A stretch of DNA of 64,000 nucleotides from an uncultured Acidobacteriota bacterium (GCA_963725565.1 CAVRZL010000019.1:39295-103294), one strand, 5' to 3'. Shown: positions 1-9,090, numbered from the stretch's first letter. Translations and numbers: made by a program. The notes: generated by a model not told the origin, from the sequence alone.

Positions 1-245
1 GCTTTCTTGATCAAACGGGTGAGCCAGATCAGGAAGACTGCACCGATGATGGCGACGACGATGGTGCCGATGAAGCCGCCGGCGTGTATGCCAAGTATAC
101 CCATCAGCCAGCCACCTACGACGGCACCGACGATGCCGAGGATGATGTCCATCACGGTGCCGTAGCCGCCGCCTTTCATGATCTTGCCGGCTGCCCAGCC
201 TGCGATCAGTCCCACTACCACCCACCAAATCAAACTCGTAATCAT
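1..245 (-). CDS. GlsB/YeaQ/YmgE family stress-response membrane protein (3' end runs off the window)
   Basis: Absent from the ORF track because there is no stop in the window. Reverse translation from ATG at 245 gives MITSLIWWVVVGLIAGWAAGKIMKGGGYGTVMDIILGIVGAVVGGWLMGILGIHAGGFIGTIVVAIIGAVFLIWLTRLIKK. This is the Gly-rich multi-TM pattern of the transglycosylase-associated family. Confidence 0.75.
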   Translation of the reverse strand, partial: MITSLIWWVVVGLIAGWAAGKIMKGGGYGTVMDIILGIVGAVVGGWLMGILGIHAGGFIGTIVVAIIGAVFLIWLTRLIKK

Positions 246-285
246 TTAGACCTCCTCCTGATGACGGGAGGAGAGTAGGGCGGGA

Positions 286-597
286 ATGTCGCCTGTCAAA
301 CAGGCCGCGCAGGCTTCGCTGTGGTTAAATCAAATCATGTTTGCCCGCAAGATTCGCGTGGAGTATGAGAGCAACGGCCAGCGGCTTCCCTGCCCGATCA
401 AGTGGCTTGATTCGTTTTCCATGCGCAACTTCACGAATGCATCGGTGTTTGACGACACGCTTCCCGTTGCGGACGGACGGATGGAAGTTGGCACAAGCGT
501 TCCTCTGGATCAACTCAAAGACGCGATGGAGGATTGGTTCCGGCGCAAGAGCTATCTCGCCAAGGACGCTCAGTTACTGTTGTCAGAGGGGAATTGA
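286..597 (+). CDS. hypothetical protein
   Basis: 103-aa ATG ORF with coding-like composition and no family I recognise. A hairpin plus T-run follows at 706-740. Confidence 0.4.
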   Translation: MSPVKQAAQASLWLNQIMFARKIRVEYESNGQRLPCPIKWLDSFSMRNFTNASVFDDTLPVADGRMEVGTSVPLDQLKDAMEDWFRRKSYLAKDAQLLLSEGN

Positions 598-705
598 GAC
601 AACCTTCCGACCGGAAAGAGCGTCTTATTTCCAGTCACTTGGGATGATTTCCTGAAAGTGGCGGGCGAGTTTGTCGAGAGCGATTTTTCGATCGAACACA
701 AAGAT

Positions 706-740
706 GGGCCGGACGCCAACCAGCGCCGGCCCATTTTTTG
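706..740 (+). terminator. intrinsic terminator-like hairpin
   Basis: The stem GGGCCGG (706-712) pairs with CCGGCCC (726-732), followed by TTTTTT (734-739). Confidence 0.55.
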
Positions 741-752
741 ATGCCGAAATTC

Positions 753-1298
753 CTACTTGTCGTAGCGTAGCAACGACATTACGTTGTAATTCTTGAGCTT
801 CTCGCGCCCGTTCAGAAAATCGAGTTCGACCACAAAGCCCAGGCCGGCGATTCTGGCGCCGAGCGTTTCGGCGAGTTTGGCGGTGGCTTCCGCAGTGCCA
901 CCGGTGGCCAGCAAGTCGTCCACGATCAGCACGCGCTGCCCCCTCTGGATGGCATCTTTGTGGATCTCAAGCGTATTGGTGCCGTACTCCAGAGCGTAGT
1001 CGTATTTCACACATTCGGCAGGCAACTTGCCGGGCTTGCGCACGGGAACGAACCCCGCGTTCAAGCGATAGGCCAATGCCGGCGCGAAGATAAAGCCGCG
1101 AGCCTCCATCCCCAGCACCAGATCAATGTCCTGGGAGATGTAATGCTCGGACAACTTGTCGATGAGCGTGGCAAATCCGGTCTTGTCTTTAAGCAGGGTG
1201 GTGATGTCGTAGAAGAGAATTCCCTTCTTGGGGAAATCAGGAATTTCGCGGATGAGCTTTTTCAGGTATTCGGATTCGGCTGTGGAAACTGGGGACAT
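753..1298 (-). CDS. apt: adenine phosphoribosyltransferase
   Basis: 181 aa with the PRPP-binding motif [14 protein letters not shown] and the [13 protein letters not shown]-terminus typical of Apt. Confidence 0.95.
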   Translation of the reverse strand: MSPVSTAESEYLKKLIREIPDFPKKGILFYDITTLLKDKTGFATLIDKLSEHYISQDIDLVLGMEARGFIFAPALAYRLNAGFVPVRKPGKLPAECVKYDYALEYGTNTLEIHKDAIQRGQRVLIVDDLLATGGTAEATAKLAETLGARIAGLGFVVELDFLNGREKLKNYNVMSLLRYDK

Positions 1299-1320
1299 GT
1301 ATGAGAGCTCCGTTGATTGC

Positions 1321-1423
1321 CAAGTTTCAAGGTTTCAAGGTTTCAAAGTTTCAACGAAGATCTGGCTGCAGATGACTCGATACTTTGAAACTCTGAAACT
1401 TTGCAACTTTGAAACCTTGCACT
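1321..1423. repeat. word-array hairpin (GTTTCAAG / CTTTGAAA)
   Basis: The left arm is about 4x GTTTCAAG (1321-1354) and the right arm about 5x CTTTGAAA-like (1383-1423). The arms are complementary and form a ~100-nt imperfect hairpin between the acyP stop and the apt start. The same word occurs at 55957-56070. Confidence 0.85.
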
Positions 1424-1427
1424 TGTT

Positions 1428-1721
1428 CTACCACGCTCCTTCAATGCGAAATGAACTTAGACCGCCGATGGGACTGGCCTCCGAGACTTCCACGTTATCG
1501 ACGCGGGCTGCGCGCGGGCCTTCCCGCAAACGCGAGTGCAAGCCGGAAAGCTGATCGCGCGTTCCCTGGGCGAGCACTTCTACGCTGCCGTCGTGATTGT
1601 TGCGCACCCATCCAGCAATTCCGAGGATATGCGCTTCGCGCTCGACGAACCAGCGGAAACCGACGCCCTGCACGCGTCCGCGTACAAAGAAGCGGCGAGC
1701 CTGGATGTGTTGCTCACTCAT
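1428..1721 (-). CDS. acyP: acylphosphatase
   Basis: 97 aa with the VRGRVQGVGFRWF motif and the acylphosphatase fold signature. Confidence 0.9.
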   Translation of the reverse strand: MSEQHIQARRFFVRGRVQGVGFRWFVEREAHILGIAGWVRNNHDGSVEVLAQGTRDQLSGLHSRLREGPRAARVDNVEVSEASPIGGLSSFRIEGAW

Positions 1722-1723
1722 GT

Positions 1724-1826
1724 CGTAGAGACGTTGCTTGCAACGTCTGGCCTGCAGCGGCTTGAATCCTCGCTTACGGGCACTGCCTCACTCACAAAAA
1801 GAGACGCAGCAAGCTGCGTCTCTACG
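1724..1826. repeat. MITE-like element with CGTAGAGACG termini (copy 1)
   Basis: Terminal inverted repeats CGTAGAGACG...CGTCTCTACG. Each end is itself a hairpin (GAGACGTTGCTTGCAACGTCT and AGAGACGCAGCAAGCTGCGTCTCT). A second copy lies at 33212-33307. Confidence 0.75.
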
Positions 1827-1842
1827 GGAGATTGGACTCGCC

Positions 1843-2403
1843 TTACGCCCTCGACAGGTATGCGCCTTCCGAGGTGTCGACCTTGATCTTCTCGCCCTCG
1901 TTGATGAACGGCGGTACTTGCACGACAAGGCCGGTTTCAGTCTTGGCGGCCTTAGTCACGCTGGATGCGGTGGCGCTCTTCAATCCCGGCTCAGTTTCAA
2001 TCACCGTCAGGATCACGGTCTGCGGCAATTCGATACCGACGGCCTTGCCGTCAAAGAATTCCACTTTAATCTCAAGATTGGGAATCAGGTATTCGACGGC
2101 GTCGCCCAGAATTTCCTTGGTCAGGTGAGTCTGTTCGTAGTTGGTAGTGTCCATGAAGTAATAACTGTCGCCGTCGGCATACAGGAACTGCATCTCGACT
2201 TCGTCCACGTTGACCTTCTCGATGGGATCGGGCGAACGGAAGCGATGCTCGAACATGGCGCCGGTGCGGAGATTGCGCAGCTTGGCCTGGATAAAGGCTC
2301 GCAGGTTGCCGGGAGTGCGGTGCTCTACACTGAATACGGAGTGCAGATCATTGTTGTGCTTGATGATCATGCCGGGACGAAGCTGTGTGGCAGGGATCGA
2401 CAT
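1843..2403 (-). CDS. efp: elongation factor P
   Basis: 186 aa. The N-terminus (QLRPGMIIKHNNDLHSV...EHRTPGNLRAFIQAKLRNLRTG) and the three-domain length are typical of EF-P. Confidence 0.97.
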   Translation of the reverse strand: MSIPATQLRPGMIIKHNNDLHSVFSVEHRTPGNLRAFIQAKLRNLRTGAMFEHRFRSPDPIEKVNVDEVEMQFLYADGDSYYFMDTTNYEQTHLTKEILGDAVEYLIPNLEIKVEFFDGKAVGIELPQTVILTVIETEPGLKSATASSVTKAAKTETGLVVQVPPFINEGEKIKVDTSEGAYLSRA

Positions 2404-2682
2404 CGTTCGAAAACTCTCCTTCTTACGATTGCGGTTGAGGCCGGCGAAAGGCGGGGCAAGCCACTAGTTCCGCCGCCACGAGGGCTAAAGCGTTATTTTA
2501 CACTGAGCTCCGTTGGAAAAGAAACCTTCCCCACGGCGATCTCATCGAAGACAGGCGGGATGCTCCCGTCCGGATCGGAGCCGCTAATTTGCTTTGCAGG
2601 ACTAGAATTAGGACCTGCGGATCGTACCGGAGCTTTCGCGAACACGCCTGCGGCATCGCGGGCAGAATATGAGGTCTTTATC

Positions 2683-3000
2683 ATGCGCAACAGCGGACGT
2701 TATGAATCTTCTGAAGGCAGCAACATCGGAACAGCCATCACATTTCTTCTAATTGGCCTGGGAGCGGGAGCTTTGGCCGGGCTTCTGCTCGCTCCCAAAA
2801 CCGGCAAGCAAATGCGCCGCGATCTGCAGCGCGGTTACGAAGACGCCAAGGAAAACTTTGGCGACTGGGCGGACGAGGCGAAAGACCGTGTGCGGGAAGT
2901 CAGCGACCGTGTAAAAGACGCGGCTAGCCGGGGCGTGGAATTCGCGGAGGATCTGCGGGAGAAGGCGGAGCCTCTGCGCAAGGCGATTAAGCGGAGTTGA
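2683..3000 (+). CDS. YtxH domain-containing protein
   Basis: Internal ATG at 2683 of ORF 1738-3000. One TM segment (GTAITFLLIGLGAGALAGLLLAPKTGKQMR) is followed by a charged helical tail. The upstream part of that ORF is antisense to efp. Confidence 0.8.
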   Translation: MRNSGRYESSEGSNIGTAITFLLIGLGAGALAGLLLAPKTGKQMRRDLQRGYEDAKENFGDWADEAKDRVREVSDRVKDAASRGVEFAEDLREKAEPLRKAIKRS

Positions 3001-3004
3001 GGAA

Positions 3005-3068
3005 CAGTGGTCAGTGGCCAGTGGTCAGTGGTCAGTGGTCAGGGGTCAGTCGTCAGGGGTCAGTTCAG
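3005..3068. repeat. heptamer word array (GGTCAGT-type)
   Basis: About 9 tandem degenerate GGTCAGT/GGCCAGT/GGGTCAG units directly after the YtxH stop. Confidence 0.9.
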
Positions 3069-3098
3069 GCTTCGACTGACGACTCATTACTGGCTAAT

Positions 3099-3163
3099 GT
3101 CATGCTGAGCGGAACCGTGAGGAGAGCAAAGCGATCCTCACGGTGGAGTCGAAGCGTCCCTGC
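3099..3163 (+). repeat. REP/MITE-like element, GTCATGCTGAGCG family
   Basis: GTCATGCTGAGCGGAACCGTGAGGAGAGCAAAGCGATCCTCACGGTGGAGTCGAAGCGTCCCTGC, with an internal hairpin CCGTGAGGA..TCCTCACGG. Related copies lie at 32944-33008 and 33112-33175. Confidence 0.7.
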
Positions 3164-3191
3164 TTTCGCAGGCATTCCCGCCCTAAGATTT

Positions 3192-4019
3192 TCAATACAA
3201 ATGAAAGTCCACCTCGACGGCGATCTGAGTCGCCACCGGCTGGCCATTCAGCGTTGCCGGTCTAAAGCGCCAGTGATGGACCGCCTCGATCGCCTTTTCA
3301 TCAAGCCCCATTCCTAAACTTTGGCCTACGTGGATGTCGTAAGTATGGCCATCCTTGCCGACGACCAGGAGTAGCAGAACAATTCCTTGCGCCTTGGACT
3401 TGCGTGCTTCATCGGAGAAACTCGGCTCGGGGTTGTAAACGACCTGCGGTACCGTCACACCCTTTCTGCCTGCGGGAAAAATTCCCGGCGGACCGTCCCC
3501 GACTCCGGGGCCGATAGCCGGGCCAATGCCACCGCAACATCCCGATCCAATGCCTCCAGGGCCACCGGGGCCATTCGATAACCAACGCGAGAACGGCGAC
3601 GTGGGATCGCCAATTTGCCCGCCCTGCGGGAGCTTGATGTCTGGAGCGATTTCCACCGTTTGTTGCACGGGAAGCCTGGGCATTTCCTTGGGGACGATTA
3701 CAGCCGGCGGCACGATCTGAGTTTCCAAAGATGCCGGGGGCAGATTGCCGCGAGACGCCGGCAGCGGATCGTGATTGCCGCCACCTCCGCCATTATTCCC
3801 TGAGAAGATCAGAGGAAGTTCGTTGAGTCTCGGAATTTGGCGTGTGAGTTCAGGCGCGTTGCGAATCACGCAACTGGTGAAGTAGATGATTACTGCCAGG
3901 ATCGCGGCTTGTCCGAGGAGCGAAAGGGCAAAGGTCTCTCGCCGAACCTTGTCATTCCCGACTTCACTCGACAATATCGAAAACAAATTGGGTCCCGGTC
4001 CCGGAGATGCGTTGGTCAT
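3192..4019 (-). CDS. energy transducer TonB family protein
   Basis: 275 aa with an N-terminal TM anchor, a Pro/Gly-rich spacer and a TonB C-terminal domain (GIVLLLLVVGKDGHTYDIHVGQSLGMGLDEKAIEAVHHWRFRPATLNGQPV). Confidence 0.85.
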   Translation of the reverse strand: MTNASPGPGPNLFSILSSEVGNDKVRRETFALSLLGQAAILAVIIYFTSCVIRNAPELTRQIPRLNELPLIFSGNNGGGGGNHDPLPASRGNLPPASLETQIVPPAVIVPKEMPRLPVQQTVEIAPDIKLPQGGQIGDPTSPFSRWLSNGPGGPGGIGSGCCGGIGPAIGPGVGDGPPGIFPAGRKGVTVPQVVYNPEPSFSDEARKSKAQGIVLLLLVVGKDGHTYDIHVGQSLGMGLDEKAIEAVHHWRFRPATLNGQPVATQIAVEVDFHLY

Positions 4020-4190
4020 GGCGCGCTCCCGTCGACGAGTTTGGAAAATGTGAGCCCAACGTGTCGTATGACGCGCGGAGACGGGAAAAGGATTTCCGGG
4101 GAGGCAAAGTCCGGCGCCGGGAAGAAGCCAGCTTCGGTGGCGATGGCGGGTTGCGAGGGCAAGATGCCCCCGCGACAGCCGGCGCTACGG

Positions 4191-5585
4191 TTAGTGAAAG
4201 ATGCCGGCGAAGGCGCCTTTGATTCGGCCAAAAAATCCCGGGCGTGCCGTCTTCGTTGGCTTTTCCGGAGGCGGCGGAGACTGGATCATTGCGTCCAGAT
4301 GAACCTTGCGCTCGGGAGATTGATCGACCGGCAAATCCCTGGCTGCCTCTACGGGTGCAGCAGGAATGCCACGGTCTCTCGCGTTAAAGACAAAAGGCGC
4401 ATCCACCTGCACATGAACCTGGTTCTTTTGTGCCGCCGGTAACGGAGTTGTCTCTGGTCCAGTGGAGAGCCTTGTCTCGACGGGATTTTCCTGGGCGGGA
4501 TTTCCTGGCGACGGCGGCGAACTCCCACCCACGGTCACCTTCGCGGGCATATTCGACTCGGGCAGAGTCTGCACGGGAGGAGCGGCGGTGCGCATCACTG
4601 GAGGCGGCGGAGGACATCCGCACTCCAGGGGCACATCTGTATCCACTTTGTCGATGCGGCCGGAACGAAATACAGCCTGCTCGGTTGGTCGCACCTGATA
4701 AATTCGGTCACCCATCAGCTCAGAAACAATTGCCGAAGAAGTGTTGCCACTCAACGCTCGGACGCAGGTATTGCCATGAGAATCGGCACTGACGGCAAAG
4801 TGGAATTCTCCCGGTCCAGCAAACATAATCCGGAAGTCGGGAGTCACTACGGAGTCAGCCGAAGTTGAGAGAACATAATGCGTCTCGATCGTGCCGGTGC
4901 TCATGCCGAACATCAGGTCGCGCTTGCTCTGCGAGGCGGTCACCGAGAGCGTTGTGCCAGGGCAGATCCGAACCTCACCTCCGCGGGGAAGATGCAGGAT
5001 CGTGGTGTCCGATCCCGCCGTTACCGAAGAACCCTCGGCGACGCGGCTTCCCGCCATCACTGCAGAGCCTGACCCAGTGCTGACTGGAACTACGCCGGCA
5101 TCCGCGGTCAGGGCAAATCCACTGTCCGTCTGCGGCTGCGCGGCTGCTACTGACTTCCTTCCGGCATTCACATCTTCCGGCGGCCTCAGGCGTACCAGCA
5201 AACGATGTCCCGCACCCTCCCAGGCGTGGCCGTAGGGCGCCTTCAGATCAAGAACGATGCGGGTCACGGGCGGATTGCTTTGGTACTGCCGCACCCGGAT
5301 GGCAAGGATATTTTCCTTCTGAACTTCAATCCGACTCTGTACCAGGCCCAACCGGGAGTTCGGCAGGTCGATCACCATGCGCGGCGGCGAATCCAGAGTC
5401 TGAATTTCGGGAATCACCGAGCCGCCGCTGGAGAGGATTTCGACCGCTGGAACACCCTTCTCGTGAACGATCCGCACACTGTTGATCACCCGCGCAGGGC
5501 CGAAATTCTGGGCAGCCGTCTCGGTCGCAGGCCAAGCCAGCAATATCACGCACAGAATCCTGATTATGATTCGCGGCACAACCAT
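4191..5585 (-). CDS. AMIN domain-containing secreted protein
   Basis: 464 aa with a signal peptide. The AMIN-like N-terminal domain reads [32 protein letters not shown]...[11 protein letters not shown]. The C-terminal half is Pro-rich. Confidence 0.7.
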   Translation of the reverse strand: MVVPRIIIRILCVILLAWPATETAAQNFGPARVINSVRIVHEKGVPAVEILSSGGSVIPEIQTLDSPPRMVIDLPNSRLGLVQSRIEVQKENILAIRVRQYQSNPPVTRIVLDLKAPYGHAWEGAGHRLLVRLRPPEDVNAGRKSVAAAQPQTDSGFALTADAGVVPVSTGSGSAVMAGSRVAEGSSVTAGSDTTILHLPRGGEVRICPGTTLSVTASQSKRDLMFGMSTGTIETHYVLSTSADSVVTPDFRIMFAGPGEFHFAVSADSHGNTCVRALSGNTSSAIVSELMGDRIYQVRPTEQAVFRSGRIDKVDTDVPLECGCPPPPPVMRTAAPPVQTLPESNMPAKVTVGGSSPPSPGNPAQENPVETRLSTGPETTPLPAAQKNQVHVQVDAPFVFNARDRGIPAAPVEAARDLPVDQSPERKVHLDAMIQSPPPPEKPTKTARPGFFGRIKGAFAGIFH

Positions 5586-5658
5586 CCTCGATGGGAGCTT
5601 GATGGAAACATACCACTTGCGATGAGGCTTAGAGAAGTATGGAAAGGTGGGCGGGGGG

Positions 5659-5746
5659 CAGAGGCAGTGGTCAGTTGTCAGTTGTCAGGGGTCAGCGGTC
5701 AGTTGTCAGCGGTCAGTTGTCAGGGGTCAGCGGTCAGGGGTCAGTG
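5659..5746. repeat. heptamer word array (GGTCAG-type)
   Basis: About 12 tandem GGTCAGT/TGTCAGT/GGTCAGC/GGGTCAG units between the AMIN gene start and the PilZ gene stop. Confidence 0.9.
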
Positions 5747-5748
5747 CC

Positions 5749-5799
5749 GAGGTCTGAGGTCTGCAGCCTGAGGTCTGCCGTCTGAGGTCCGAGGTCTGC
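5749..5799. repeat. heptamer word array (GAGGTCT-type)
   Basis: GAGGTCT GAGGTCT GCAGCCT GAGGTCT GCCGTCT GAGGTCC GAGGTCT, abutting the PilZ stop codon (5802). Confidence 0.9.
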
Positions 5800-5801
5800 T
5801 C

Positions 5802-6128
5802 TTACGCTTGTGGCAGGAATTCGTATTCTTCGATCACCGCCGCGACTGTGACCTTGCCGTCGACTGACGGATCGTCCACGCGCACGACCCGCCCTTTGCA
5901 CTGGACGCGGATACTTTCGGTGAGCGTAATCTCCGGCGGAAGCGTGAGGGTGAAACCGATCGCCGAACCCTGAGCTATGGCGGAATCCAGGTAAAAGCAG
6001 ATGCCGCGCGCGCTCACATCGCGGATCTGGGCAACCTCGTTGGCAAGCGTGGAGTCGCGATTTACGGTAACTGGAACGCGAAGCGGAAAACGTCGTGCAG
6101 CCCTTTTCTCCTGCTGGGGCTCGGCCAT
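5802..6128 (-). CDS. PilZ domain-containing protein
   Basis: 108 aa with the RRFPLR and DVSARG motifs, which match the PilZ c-di-GMP binding signature RxxxR / D-x-S-x-x-G. Confidence 0.8.
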   Translation of the reverse strand: MAEPQQEKRAARRFPLRVPVTVNRDSTLANEVAQIRDVSARGICFYLDSAIAQGSAIGFTLTLPPEITLTESIRVQCKGRVVRVDDPSVDGKVTVAAVIEEYEFLPQA

Positions 6129-6249
6129 AGTCCTCCAAGTGGCGAATGAAGGCAGGGAACGATACCAAGATGCCCTGTTCGGGCGCTAAGGTCAATACCA
6201 CCCTTGGGTTATAAGGTGTGGCCCGTTCAGGGGAGGGGTTGGAGAACTA

Positions 6250-6305
6250 GGGGTCAGGGGTCAGGGGCTAGTGGTCAGTGGTCTGTGGTCGGTGATCTGC
6301 GGTCC
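6250..6305. repeat. heptamer word array (GGTCAG-type)
   Basis: GGGGTCA GGGGTCA GGGGCTA GTGGTCA GTGGTCT GTGGTCG GTGATCT GCGGTC, upstream of trpG. Confidence 0.85.
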
Positions 6306-6385
6306 CGCTCGGAGCTTGATCTTCGCACTGTCCCTGATCACCATGGCTCATGGCTCCCGGTGTAAGCTGATGTTAGGAGTCCAGA

Positions 6386-6973
6386 TTGGTTTTTGTTCTC
6401 GATAATTACGATTCATTCACCTACAACCTCGTCCAGTACATCGGCGAACTGGGCGCGGAGGTGGAAGTTCGCCGCAATGACCAGATCACAGTCGAAGAAG
6501 TTGAAGCTCTGCGGCCTGAACGGATTGTCATCTCTCCCGGCCCCTGCACACCGCATGAAGCGGGCATCAGCGTTGACCTGATCCGTCATTTTGCGGGCCG
6601 ACTGCCCATGTTGGGCGTCTGCCTAGGGCATCAGGCAATTGGCGAGGCATTCGGTGGAAAGGTCGTGCGAGCCCCGCATCTCATGCACGGGAAGACCAGC
6701 CCGGTCATGCACGACAATAAGACTGTCTTCCAGGGTTTGCCCATGCCGATGACTGCTACCCGTTATCACTCGCTGATCGTCGAAGAAAAGAATTTGCCCG
6801 CGGAGTTGGAAGTCAGCGCCTGGACGACAGAGAAAGACGGCACGCGAACAATCATGGGCTTGCGGCACCGGCACTACGGAATAGAAGGCGTGCAATTCCA
6901 TCCGGAGAGCGTGCTGACCGATGCGGGGAAGAAACTCGTCGAAAATTTTCTGAAGCTTGGGAATGGTGCTTAG
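6386..6973 (+). CDS. trpG: anthranilate/aminodeoxychorismate synthase component II (glutamine amidotransferase)
   Basis: 195 aa starting at TTG. It carries [15 protein letters not shown], the catalytic GVCLGHQ, and HPES near the C-terminus. I cannot separate trpG from pabA. Confidence 0.92.
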   Translation: MVFVLDNYDSFTYNLVQYIGELGAEVEVRRNDQITVEEVEALRPERIVISPGPCTPHEAGISVDLIRHFAGRLPMLGVCLGHQAIGEAFGGKVVRAPHLMHGKTSPVMHDNKTVFQGLPMPMTATRYHSLIVEEKNLPAELEVSAWTTEKDGTRTIMGLRHRHYGIEGVQFHPESVLTDAGKKLVENFLKLGNGA

Positions 6974-7090
6974 TGGGCAGTGGGCAGTGGGCAGTGGGCA
7001 GTGGGCAGTGGGCAGTGGGCAGTGGGCAGTGGGCAGTGGGCAGTGGGCAGTGGGCAGTGGGCAGTGGGCAGTGGGCAGTGGGCAGTGGGA
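6973..7090. repeat. perfect heptamer tandem array (GTGGGCA)x16 plus a partial unit
   Basis: 16 identical 7-nt units at 6973-7084 and a partial unit to 7090. The array starts on the last base of the trpG stop codon. The SGQWAVG ORFs in the track are translations of it. Confidence 0.97.
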
Positions 7091-7194
7091 GATATCACTC
7101 ATTCCCGATTTGGCTCGCCTGACGCTCTTCGTGCTGCAAATCGCGTGAAAACCTGCGGTCTCTCATGGACAATTGCGATATGCAATGTCTCAAG

Positions 7195-7557
7195 ATGTCA
7201 GCTGTGAGATCCTATCGTGACTTGATTGCTTGGCAGAAATCGATGGCACTCGTAAACGACGTATACCGCTACACTCGGGAATTTCCTAAGGACGAAATAT
7301 ACGGCCTTACCGCTCAGGTGCGACGGGCCGCGGTCTCCGTGCCGAGCAATATCGCGGAAGGGCAAGGACGCCTCTCGACCGGCGAGTTTAAGCAATTTCT
7401 CGGTCACGCCCGTGCTTCGCTGCTGGAAGTCGAAACGCAGGTCTTGATAGCGCAAAATTTGGGTTACGGTAAACGCGAAGATGGAGACCGCTTACTCCAC
7501 CAGTCCTCAGAGGTAGGCAGAGTTCTGAATGGTTTAATCTCGTCGCTTCGCCGCTGA
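7195..7557 (+). CDS. four helix bundle protein (23S rRNA intervening-sequence protein family)
   Basis: Carries SYRDLIAWQKSMALV...EIYGLTAQVRRAAVSVPSNIAEGQGR...FLGHARASLLEVETQ. The third ATG of ORF 7165-7557 is chosen as start. A paralog lies at 48380-48784. Confidence 0.85.
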   Translation: MSAVRSYRDLIAWQKSMALVNDVYRYTREFPKDEIYGLTAQVRRAAVSVPSNIAEGQGRLSTGEFKQFLGHARASLLEVETQVLIAQNLGYGKREDGDRLLHQSSEVGRVLNGLISSLRR

Positions 7558-7576
7558 TGTCATCAAATCCAGGCTC

Positions 7577-7610
7577 CACTGATCACTAATCACTGATCCC
7601 TGACCACTAA
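7577..7610. repeat. heptamer word array, inverse orientation (ACTGATC/ACTGACC-type)
   Basis: CACTGATCACTAATCACTGATCCCTGACCACTAA is roughly complementary (6 of 7 positions per unit including G-U) to the GGGCAGT array at 6973-7090. It overlaps the trpE stop codon. Confidence 0.75.
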
Positions 7611-9090
7611 TTTGCGTCTCTCGCCATCTCTACCGCGCGCAGCAGCGCCTTCGCCTTATTCACCGATTCCTGAAACTCGCTGGCCGGATCGGAATCTGCG
7701 ACCACTCCGCCACCGGCTTGCAGATATGCTTTCTTGCCTTGCATCAGCAGGGTGCGAATGCCGATGCAGGAATCGAGATTTCCGGCGAAGTCGGCGTACA
7801 GCACCGATCCTCCGTAGATGCCGCGGCGTGTAGGTTCCAACTCTTCGATGATCTGCATGGCGCGGACTTTCGGCGCTCCACTCAAAGTGCCGGCGGGAAA
7901 GCAGGCGGAAAAGGCATCGAGCGCGTCGAGATCTTTGCGCAGCGTCCCTTCCAGTGCCGATACCAGGTGCATGACGTGGGAGTAGCGTTCGACATACATC
8001 AGGTCCTTCACCTTGACCGAGCCGTATTCACTCACGCGACCAAGATCGTTGCGCCCCAGATCAACCAGCATCACGTGTTCGGCACGTTCTTTTTCGTCGT
8101 TCCGCATCTGGTGCTCGAGACGGGAATCTTCATCTTCATCGCGACCGCGCGGGCGCGTGCCCGCGATGGGCCGGTACTCCAACTTCCGCCCTGTGACCCG
8201 GACCAGCATTTCAGGCGATGATCCGAGAATATGGGTATCGCCCGATCGCAGGAAGTACAGATACGGCGATGGATTCACTTGGCGCAGGGCGCGATACAAG
8301 TCGAAGGGAGCAACCTCAGGAACAAAATCAAAGCGCTGCGAAGGCACCACCTGAAAAATGTCGCCGGCCGCAATGTACTCCTTGCAGCGTTCGACGTTTC
8401 GCAGGTAGTCCTCGCGCCTGGTTCCGGCATGGATTTTGAGTTTGCCGGCTTTGATCTTTGCCGGCTTGCGACGGAGTGCTGAGGCGAGTCCGGACGCCAG
8501 TTTTCGCTCCAACGCAGCGATATCTCGGAGCGCGCGGTCGTAGGCTCGGCGCGGAGTCTCGCGGGAAACATCGGCGGCCGCCATGATGTGGATCTGGTGG
8601 CGCAGGTGATCAAAGGCCAGCAGGCGATCGAAGAACATCAACTCGGCATCGGGCACCGACAAATCATCTTTGGCGTGGTCCCCGATTTTTTCCAACTGCC
8701 GGACGACGTCGTAAGCGAAGTAGCCAACGGCTCCCGCCGTGAACGGAGGCAGTCCCGGCACGGTGGCAGGGCGGTGCTCTCGCAGCAGACCGCTTCACCA
8801 CCTGAAAGATGTTGTCTTTGACGACTTGCGCGCCGGCGTCCGCGCTCGATCTCAACTCGTCCCTCGCGGCCCGTGACGCGCATGTACGGGCGCGCACCAA
8901 GAAATGTGAAGCGTCCGATCTGCTCACCTCGCTCTACCGATTCGAGCAGAAACGCGTGCGACTCCTTTTCAGCGATGGCCAGAAAAGCGGAAACCGGAGT
9001 CAGCAAGTCGGCGCTTACCGACTTCACCACCGGGACGAGCGTGGCTTCGCGGGCGAGTCGAGAGAACTCTTTGAAATCAGGCTGCAACAT
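7607..9090 (-). pseudogene. trpE: anthranilate synthase component I, interrupted by two +1 frameshifts
   Basis: Three frames carry the protein. N-terminal ORF 8638-9090 reads MLQPDFKEFSRLAREATLVPVVKSVSADLLTPVSAF. The middle frame reads DAGAQVVKDNIFQVVKR. C-terminal ORF 7607-8761 reads PGLPPFTAGAVGYFAYD...GTLSGAPKVRAMQIIEELE. They join into one TrpE if single extra bases near 8841 and 8789 are removed. Confidence 0.85.

Noticed and set aside
1738-2682. N-terminal 315 codons of the 420-aa ORF 1738-3000
   Set aside because: This part is antisense to efp. Only the part from ATG 2683 (YtxH-like) looks like a real gene.
6973-7090. Possible CRISPR array
   Set aside because: The repeat unit is only 7 nt and there are no spacers. 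It is a microsatellite-like tandem array, and no cas genes are nearby.
6957-7207. ORFs encoding [14 protein letters not shown]... (6957-7148, 6980-7207) and the antisense HCPLPTA repeat ORF (6623-7102)
   Set aside because: They are translations of the perfect GTGGGCA x16 array in different frames and show no independent coding signal.
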